Source: Trichomonas gallinae
Lineage: Eukaryota
Direction: 5' to 3'
Length of the DNA stretch: 56,522 bases
Assembly: GCA_008369845.1 (NCBI GenBank)
Contig: MRSU01002918.1
Location: forward strand, 1 to 56,522
Shown: positions 44,063-54,400 of the stretch, one piece after another
Position numbering within the stretch: position 1 is the stretch's first letter
Layout of the letters: every line of letters begins with the position of its first letter
The notes under the pieces: model-generated
Seen by the model: the letters and a program-made list of their open reading frames with translations, nothing else
What the model was told of the DNA's origin: nothing
Database searches by the model: none
Made by a program: the position numbers and the translations under genes

Positions 44063-44794
44063 TTATTCTTCCTCTTTTGATTGATCAGCTTTAAACAGTG
44101 GTTCAAGTCTCTGCATTTCTGCGAGAAGACCAGAGTCTAATGCTGTATCTGTTGGCTCCAGTTTCATTTCTTTGGCAATGTTTTCTAATTGAACACCAAT
44201 TTCTGCGAGAGTTGAAGCTGTATTTGCACGAATGGTTGATGCTTCGCAGTACGATGCAGCTAATATAGAAACAAACCTTTGCTGATAGTCTTTAAATTTC
44301 TTTTGGAATTCTGCTGAAGAACTTTCAGCAATATTATTCGCAGATCGTTCAGCATCTTGTGCTGTTCTATGTTCAGCCTCAGCTCTTGCAATTTGCTGTG
44401 GTGTTGCGTTTGATTTTTGTAAATCGAGCAATGTTTTCTCAGCTTTTGCTGCTTTTGCTGCAGTGTCTTTTGCTTGTTTCACAATTTTCTGGTTGGCGAT
44501 TTTGATTGGGTTGAATTCAGCTCTGAGACCAACCAAATCTTGAAGATTAGCGTAAACACTGTCTATTGACTTAGAATTGCTTGAAATAGTCGAAGCTATT
44601 TGCTGTGAGCATTTGAAAATCTCCGCCATTTGCTGTCTAAGTGAAGGATCTAATGTTTTTGCCCACGCATCCAATGGTTTGCCTAATGCTTGTGATATCT
44701 GCTTCGAGTACGACTGGTCTGCATCCTGGATTGCTTTGTTCGCTTTCTTTAAGTCGTGGAATTCAGAAAACTCTGACTTCGAAAAAAGCCTCAT
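44063..44794 (-). CDS. All-helical coiled-coil protein, BAR-like (243 aa)
   Basis: Three long amphipathic helices with a basic tip region. Tandem GTCACTTT motifs lie upstream (44841-44867). The BAR assignment is inference. Confidence 0.65.
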   Translation of the reverse strand: MRLFSKSEFSEFHDLKKANKAIQDADQSYSKQISQALGKPLDAWAKTLDPSLRQQMAEIFKCSQQIASTISSNSKSIDSVYANLQDLVGLRAEFNPIKIANQKIVKQAKDTAAKAAKAEKTLLDLQKSNATPQQIARAEAEHRTAQDAERSANNIAESSSAEFQKKFKDYQQRFVSILAASYCEASTIRANTASTLAEIGVQLENIAKEMKLEPTDTALDSGLLAEMQRLEPLFKADQSKEEE

Positions 44795-45049
44795 TTTTAA
44801 TTAAAAAAAAAAAAAAAAAAAAAACAGGGGATATAACCTAAAAGTGACACTTATAACCAAAAGTGACGGTTATAAAATTATCGTTGGAAAATTATGCCAA
44901 AAAAATTAAAAATCGATTTTTTCCCACACAGCTCTATTATCTATTGGCATTGAAATTATATTCCTTTTTTTGAGAAATTCTGGAATTGTAAAGTGATTAT
45001 TTGACATGTAAATAATCAAAAATTTAAGGTATTTGTCGTGTAAAGCAAA

Positions 45050-45380
45050 ATATTAATATTGATTATTCTCACAAGTACACAAATGAAGTGCTATCTTGTC
45101 GAGTTAAACCTATATTTTGCAATTAACTTTAAATTCAATGGTTTGTAAAATGGAGCATTAATTAAGACTGTATATTCATTATAATCAACAAAATTTCTCA
45201 CAATTTTTGTGTATGTATTTTGATACAGCTAATTAGAATCCATGATTAAACGAAGAATTTTCGGGGAAAAGCTATTTTTTGTAAAAAATGGACATTCACA
45301 AATCTTATAAAGGTAAGATGTAACAGCAGCGTAAATGTGATGATGAAACACCATTAATCAATGCTGCAGCATATAAAATA
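45050..45380 (+). pseudogene. Decayed ankyrin-repeat fragment
   Basis: Fragments KNGHSQIL* and KCDDETPLINAAAY (ankyrin TPL..AA motif) are separated by stops and frameshifts. Boundaries are approximate. Confidence 0.5.
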
Positions 45381-45470
45381 ATAAGTGATAGATTTATATT
45401 TTGAATAAAAATTAATATGACAATGAATAAAACACAAATTAATAATTTAAAACATAAAATAATAAATCAA

Positions 45471-48400
45471 TTATAGATAAACATCTTTTTCTGAAATTTC
45501 TTCTTCATCGCTGTGACCAATAACATCAACATTGTCCATTACCATTCTATCATCCTCTTGGAAGTCCTCTTTGAACGGATCATCATTTGTGTTTCCAAAC
45601 AGTGGATTGTCATTCGTAATCATTGATTCATCATGTGTAGTTCTCTGCAGTGTCTCTTCCTGCATGTCAACGGACAAGCCATTGCTGCTTTCTTCACTCT
45701 TCTTCTTTGTGAAAATAATAATCAGCACAACAACGCCAACAATGATAAGAATTGCAACAACGATAATTGGCCACAATATATATATGCCGAAAGTTGTGTC
45801 AAAGAAGCCAATATTTATGTCTTCTTTTGTTGTATTTGTTTCCGTTCCATAATCAATTTCTACTTCTTGTGGAATATAAGTAGTAAATGGATCTCCATTG
45901 ATGTCTGTCGTGATGCTTGCTATGTATGTGATGATAAATGTCTTAAAAACACTTCCTGTGTAATCTCTGGGAAGAGGAGAAGGTCTTGGATGATTTGGTG
46001 GAGGAACAGCTGTTCTCACTGGATGCTTTGCGACAGTTATCCTAAATATAACATCTTCGGAAGTTGATCCTCGACTGTCAACTGCTTGTAGAATAACATC
46101 ATGCAGACCTTCAATTCTTGGAACTTTAATATGAATGTTGAAATTTTCACATTTTGATCTGTTATTATATTTACATTCATGGACTTCAAAAAACTCATCG
46201 AAATCGAATCTCATGTTAACAAATACGTCATCGTCTATGTCTTTGTCGGACAAAAATCCTTTGATAATGATTTCATCGTTAAACAAAAAGACAGATTTTT
46301 CTTCGAGAACGGATGCTTCTAGAATTGGTGGATTGAAGTTAGTGTTGTAGAAATAGAACTCGGTGCTGTTCACTTCTGACATCAATCCCAGCTCATCAAT
46401 TGCATAAATATGTATTGTATGTTTCTTGTAGCCAATATCATCAGGAATTTTGATTGATTTTCTCACTGATTTGTTTAACGTGTTACATATAATTAAATCG
46501 CTCAAATTATATTCAGGGCCATCATCAAACTTATATCTTATGTTTGCTTTGGTGTCATCTGTTATTATAATATCGAGCCCAACAGATGAAGAACCAGCAA
46601 GTTTAGATGGGAATTGATTTAGTAGCCAAATTTGCGGCTTCTCGTTTATTACAATTGGTTGTTTAATTGTGTTGAGTGTTTCATTTGTGTCATCATCGAT
46701 GATAAATATTTCTAAGTCATCACTTTTAGCATCAGGTGGCAGAGTATATTGGTAGTTAAAGTCCTTCGATGTCATTGAGTTGTGTATTGTGAAAACATCG
46801 ATGAAAAATTCATGACCGGATTTTCCATATCTTGCCTTGACTCTGACTTTTGTGTTTGGTTCATAATCCACCAGATAACATTCGACATATATCGTGGACT
46901 TCGGCTCATAATATGTGGGGAATGAATTCCTAAATTGGACTCCACGCGATCGCCTAACTTTGAAGTTATATCTATTCATCCTCGATGCTGCCATCCAGTT
47001 GTCTTGTGCCTGGAAAGTGACAACATAAAGACCATCATTTTTAGGGACATTGAATGTATAAGAGAAATTCTGCCAATCACCAGTTGCTTCAGTGACAAAT
47101 ATTTCTGTGTATCCGCCATGATTCAGCTGCAAATTGACGTAAATTTTGTCACCTACATCTGGATCCCTGACTCGTCCATATAATGTGACAACATCATGAT
47201 ATGAATAATTTTCTTTCGTTGCTATGTTCAATATTTCCAGGTTTGGAGCGTTTTTATCCATGAACATGAAGTCATAGATCTTGTCTGCACTTTCAGCGCC
47301 AAACTCATCTCTCACGAATATGTAAAGTTTGTGTGAATTAAAAGTTAGAGATCGAGGTGGTAGTTCTATCTGTTGAACAATAGTTTTCGTTTCGCCATTG
47401 CATTCAATAAAGTCTGTCAAATTAATTTCACGGTTTCCGTCTATGCAATACCATAACTGAACTCTAGTATTGTCAGTAACATTGACAACTAAATCGATGA
47501 AACCGCTGTTGTAATAAAACTGATTCACTTTGTTCAAGATTTTCATACTTGGGGTTAAATTAATAACACTGTAGCCTTTATCTAGAACAGCAGCAACAGT
47601 TCCAGACTCTTCTGCCCAGATCTTGAAAGATTGAGGAGTGACAGATTCGGGGACATTGATATTAAATGAGAAATCATTCGTTGTTTGATTGTCGTTAACT
47701 ACAAATTCGCCAACTTCTATTTTGTCGTCGTTACTGAGTTTGTAAAAAATTTTAAGTTTCTTTCCTGGATCAAAATCGCCAGCGAAGCCAGTTATTGTCA
47801 CAGAGTCTCCTGGCATGTATGAACGCTCAACTGAATTTCTTAATCTTATGCATGGCTCATGTTTGACTTTGAAATCATGACGAGTGTCAATTGAAGTTGC
47901 TCCATTGTTATCTTTCGCGTATAATACTATGAAGAACTCGCCATCTTGTTGAGGAACATTAATAGTATGCTCAAAATAGTGCCAACCTTCATCACTCTTT
48001 AGTTTTCGTGCGCTTTTAGGTGTTAAACTTGTGCCAATTTCGACTGCATCTGTGAAATTAAACCTGAAGAAAACTTTGACATTATCATTATTGCTGTGAT
48101 CTTTTGCACGTCCTTTAACAGTTATTGTCTCATAGAAATTATACAGTCGTTTCCTGTCCATACTATCAACAATGAGTTCTGGGGCTTCATCGTTTTCAAA
48201 CGTAAAATTATGAGCGAAAATATCTGAAATTTCTCCGAATTCATCCTTAGCGTAAAAGTTGAGTGTGTGTTCTCCATAACTGATCACACGCGTGTTGATT
48301 TCTATCTGGTGTCTGTATTGATACTCTCTGTTGTAGAAATATATGAGTTTTGTGAAGCATTTTTCTTCATTTTCGTCGAAATTATAACAAAGCTTCGCCT

Positions 48401-51400
48401 GTGTGTTATCAGTTGCATTAAAATCAAGATTTATGTGATCATTGTTGTAGTATTTTTCATTAAGAGAATTCCACATTTTAATTACTGGCTTTGTGTTTAC
48501 AATGAAGTTTCCTGCGATCGAATAAACTGATTTTTTATCTTTTTCTAACCAGATTTTGATATCATGGATATTGATAGTATTATTAGGAATAACTGTAAAT
48601 TCGAATTCATCTGATTTGAAATTATTTCTTACTGTGACCCTTCCAGCAAAAATTTTTTCATCTTGGTCAACTTTGTAGTATATGTCTAAACGAGTAAATG
48701 GCTGATAATCAACAATCACTCCTCTAAGCGTTATGTCTTCATCTGTTTTATACGAAACTTTCAATGATTGCGAAAATTCTATTCCTGGATTCATCCTGAC
48801 TTCGAAATCAAGTTTTGTTATTTTTGATTTAATTTCGTTTTGATTCATTGCGACAAAAGTAACAAAGTGGAAGTCTTCAATTGTCGGCATTTTGATTGTA
48901 TGTTGATAAAAATGAATGTCTCCAGTAGATGTGTATTCATATATTTTCTCGTATTCATCATAATTCAGTCTCATATATAGAGAAATATTTTCGCCTTCTG
49001 CAGCAAACATTGATGCATTGACATCGATTGTCTCGAAGAACCCATATGTATAAGGTTTGATATATGATGATATGTTCAAAACTGGTGGATTGTAAATGTC
49101 TGAATATGTGAAATTATGTATATAAGGAATAGAATATGCTTCGAATTCATCTTTGAGATAAATTGAAAGTTTGTGTTCGCCTACTTCCAAAGATTTAATT
49201 TCGATAGATAAAACTCTCTTTTCGATTTCAAAGAAACTTTGAATTGTAGATGATATTAGTTTCTCATCTTTATCATCAATCATGTAGTAAACCCATACAT
49301 CTGTTTCATCGTAGCAACTTATGTCAACTTCAATGAAAGCGTGACCATATAAATTTGTCGGCAAAGTATTCGTGATATTGAAAGTTGGAAGATTGTTGAT
49401 AATGATATAATTCTCATTGTATGGACATAATACATGTCCCAGCTCATTCTCGGCCCAAAGAATGAGATAATGATCTGTTAATTCATCAGGAAGAGGAATT
49501 TCATAGTCAACTATTCCAGAAGTATAATTTTCGAAAATTTCGACTTCTTTTATGTAGTTCTTTCCATTTCCATCAATGCTGTACCAGAATGAAACACTTG
49601 AATTTGCATCAAAGTCTTTGAGTTGGCTTCTCATTTGTATTATTTCGCCTGGTTGATATGATTTCTTGAATTTCTTCAAAAATTCAATGCCTTTGTTTCT
49701 TTGGACTTCAAACTCGAGAGAAACCTCTTCTGACTTTGATCCAGTTTGATCCATTGCTGCAACAACTATTGCATATTTACCATTAGCATGTGGAACATTG
49801 ATGGTGTAGCTAAAATCATGCCATTCTTTATCAGATACTCCATCATAAATCATTGTTGGTTCACTTGTTCCGACTTTGAAAACAACTCTTGTTGTGTCGC
49901 CCAAATCTAGATCACGGACACTACCTCTAAATGTTATTGATTCGTGGAAGTTATAAGGAGGACGTTTAGGCAATGCTGATAGAACAAGTTCTGGTGCATG
50001 GGAATTTTTGAATGTAAAGTTTTGAGAAATTTTGTTCGAGATTGAACCGAATTCATCTCGAATGAAAACTGTTAAATTGTGATCTCCAAATTCCAAAGAA
50101 TTCTTAACTGGAATATGTCTTAAGACAGGGAACTCTGGGCTCTTAATTGGAATAAACTCGTTGATAACAATTTCTGCTTCATCATCGTAATAATAAACAA
50201 TCTTGCATTTCGAATCATCAGTGATTTTCAAATCTAAATCAATGAATTCATTAATCGTGTAAAATTCTTTGATTGACTTAAACTCGTTCAAAACAGGTTC
50301 TATATTAGTTATAATATCATAATAACTCCTTCTACTCGCTAAACCAGTTGATGTTTCAGCCCAAATTGATAAATAATTATGTTTGACTTCTTTAGGCAAA
50401 GTTATGTTAAAATCGAACATTGGAGTTGTGTAGTTATCAAGCGAAAGCATTGAAAGATATGCATATACAATAATTCCATCATTCAATTTGTAAAATAATT
50501 GAACATCTTCATTTGGACTGAAATCTGCGATGTATCCATTTATGAAAATTGTTTCGTTGGGTAGATACATTTTAGTGATTTCTGATGTCAAAACAACATG
50601 TGGTTGCTGTTTTGCATTGACAACAAATCTTTGCTCACCTGATTCTCCACCGCTTCCATCAAATGCTTTGAATATAATTGTATGCGAACCATCGATTTTA
50701 GGAAGACTAATTTTGTGATTAAATTCATTAATTACTTGACTTTCTGAAAATGAAGCAATTTGCTCGAATTCGCCTTCATCAATTTGCACAGAAATTCTTA
50801 TTGTGTCACCTTCATCTGAGTCAGAGACTTGTCCACTGAATTCTACTAATTCGTAGAATGCATATGAATACTGTTGATTCACAATTCTCATTTTGAGGAC
50901 TGGAACTGATTTATCGCTAAATTGGAATTTTTTCGTTTCTTCAGCTGATTTGATGCCAAACCAGTCTTTAATATAAACCGTGATACTATGTTCTCCAACG
51001 GTCATATTTGGAATAGGAATCTCTTTCTTGATGCTAACATTTCTGCTGTTAAATTCTATCCAATCGCCAATTAATTTGACTTCTTCATTGTCGAACTTAT
51101 AAAAAATCCTTGATTTAGAGTCATCGAAAATTATTGCGTCAAAATTAATAAAACCATTCCTATAATAAATGGGATCTAAATCATTCCATTGTACAATTTT
51201 TGGAGGAAGATTTATTGTTATAAATTGTCTGTTGTATTGGCTTTTCATGCCATTATTGTCTTCGGCCCAAAATGTGATTGAATATGTACCAACATTTGCC
51301 GGCAAATCTAATTCAAACTCGAAATCATCTGTCTTGTAATCGTTGCGCATATTCATGATTGGAGTAGCGAAGACTCTTTGACCGCTGTTGATGCTGTACA

Positions 51401-54400
51401 TCAATTGAACTCCTTTTCCTGGGTCGAAATCAGCAACAAAACCTGTTACTAGAATTGTTTCACCGCCATTGTATGATCTTGAGAAATCGTTTTCTAAGAT
51501 AACAGTTGGAGACTGTTGAACATTAAGAGTAAATATTTGGTCAACTGATGATGCTCCAGTATTATCTTGTGCTATGAATCTAATCACACAAGAACCATTT
51601 GTGTCTGGAATTTGGAAGTTGTGCGTGTAATTATACCAACTTTCACTCGATGTTGTTGAAGCAATTTCAGAAAATTCACCGTCATTGACTTTCAGCAAAA
51701 TCTTTAATGTGTTGTCTTTATCTTGATCAAATACACTGCAGTTGAAGTTGACGCTTTCATAGAAATTATATGTTTGTTTCTTGTCGAGAAGAACAACATT
51801 AAATTCTGGCGCGTGTTTGTCGTTGTAGAAGAAAGAAAAGTTTTCAACATCTGTTGCAATTCCATACTGGTCAACGAAATGTACGAATACTTTGTGATTT
51901 CCTCCTCTAAAACTTTCTTTAGGTATTGGAATCTGTCGATGAACTGCTGTTTCTTTGCCGTTAATTGAAATTCTATTTTCTAACTTTTGTAATTCTCTGT
52001 TGTCAAATTTGTAATAAAGTTCAACAAATGAGTCATCATAAAGGACACAATCAATATCAATGTATTCATTGCTTGCATATTCATCTTTTATGTCATCAAT
52101 TTTGATGATTTTTGGTGCAAAATTCGTTGTTGTGTATAAAATTGCTCTCTGTCCAACTGTATTTTTATCATTTTTGGCGTAAATATAAATTGAATTTCTA
52201 CTTGGATATAATGGCAATTCCATCTCAATTGTGAAGTAATCTGTTGAATAGTTCTCTGATATAACTAAATCACATGGAGGATATATGACTTTCTCGTTGT
52301 TGATTTGATAATAAATTTGGATTTTGTCGCCGATGTTGAAATCACCAGCAAAACATGTAACATTTACACGAGTTCCTGGCTCATACATCTTTTCGAGTGT
52401 TGTTGCTGCAACTGCCGTCGCTGTCTGAGCAACACGGAATGAATATTGCTTTTCTATTGACTCTGAGTCTGAATTATCAACTGTTTTGAATGTTAAAGTA
52501 TAATCTTTGTTTTCTGGTAAATACGAAAAATTATAATCATAATCAAACCAATCTCCATAAGATGTAGCATTGAAAATGTTTTCGAACTCGTTGTCATTAA
52601 TCTTCATAAACATCATAACATTATCTCCATAGTTTCTGTCTCTTATCTTAAATCTGAAGTTGACTGTTTCGTGATAATAAAAAACATTCTTCTTGTTCAA
52701 AACATTGATTTCAAATTCAGGTGCTCTTAAGTTTTCATATGTGAATTGGTGATTAAATGTAAAAGACCAATAACTCCATCTATCAACTAGATAAATACTT
52801 AATGTTTTCGTTCCTACATTATAAATTTTGTTTGATGTTGGAATTTGGTATCTAACTTTTTTGTTTTCTCCTTTTGTTTCAACTCTTCCTAAATTTTCTG
52901 CTTTATCCATTTCATCGAATTTGAAGTAAACATTCACATAATCTTCATCCCAAACCGTCAATTCGACTGTAATTGCTTCACCTATTGAATATTGTGGATC
53001 AAGTGGTGACACTTCAACGATTTTAGGTCTTTCGGTGATTCTTGACCAAGCTTGATATTTATTTGTAACATTTTTTGTTGGATAATTATCTGTCGCCCAA
53101 AAAGTAATATATCTATTATCATTAAATTTCGGAATAGTGATGTTGACATCAAATTCAATACTCATAGAATGGGGCATGATTATAGTATCATGTCTTACTT
53201 CAGTTTGCTGCCCAAAAACATCGCAGAAAACTGTTAGTTCTTCCCCTTCATGTAGATCAGTAATTTTGCATCTAAAACTCATGTTTTCTCCTACAATAAA
53301 CCAATCTCTCGGCCAATCAATGAACTCGATTTTTGGTTCATTATAAATATTACTGACTTGTGACTCTTTCTTTGATTTTGCACCACTTGCATCAATTGCC
53401 TGTATCCAGAGAGTTTGTCGTCCATCAACTCTTAGCGGGTAAAACTGGAACCATTTTGATAGATAGTCAGTTGAGTTATAACTATATAATAACTCTGGAG
53501 TATTATCATTGAACCAATAGTAAACATCCACACGTTGACCTTTATCAGGTTCAGTAATAGATAACGTGAAACCATAAAGATCACAGAATCTATTCGGATG
53601 ATAATTCCAATTTACTGATAACTGAGGAGCTCTTCTTTCATCATAATCGAATTCATGTGTATAGTTTTCTATTGATCTTGCTCCATATTCATTTACCACA
53701 AACATTGTTACATTGTGCTTTCCGATGGGTAAATTTCTTAGTTGAATGCTCCTGATTGCTATTTGATATCCATTAGTTTTAATAGATTCACCTTGAGAAA
53801 TTTCATTTCCATTATCGAAGGTATAATATAAGTAAGAACTAATTGAAGTAGAACAATTAAGAGAAACTTCTATGTATCCATTCAACGAATATATTTCTTC
53901 CAATTCATTTGTGATATTAAATTTTGGTAAAGTACAAAATTTCATTGCATAATAACTCCAATCTCCGCGTTCTTGCGTTGAAGTATTTTCTCTTGCATAT
54001 AAGTAAAGAGTATATGCTCCTTCAACATTTGGAATTTCAACCTCCAAAGTGACTTCATTGGAAATGTAATTATCAGTCATCACCACTTTGTCGTGAACTG
54101 GGAAGTAATATTTTGAACTTAATTCATAATAAATTGTTGCCTCTTTTCCAGGATCTAAATTCACTGCGAAACATGTAAAATTCACTTTTGATCCCGATAT
54201 ATAATATTTACTGATTCCTCTGGAAATATATGCTTTCGGATTTTTGTTCATTGTAAAAGATACTCCTTGAATGTCGGTGCTGACATTGTTAAAATCGATG
54301 ACTTTGTAATATATAAAATCTGAGCCTTCAACATATGGATACTTAAATTGATGTGAAAGTCTATAGAAACTATTATCTATTAATTGATCGACAGTGAAAT

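Noticed and set aside
45336..45350. GTGATGA as a snoRNA box C
   Set aside because: Better explained as CDDETPL codons of an ankyrin relic. No box D or terminal stem.
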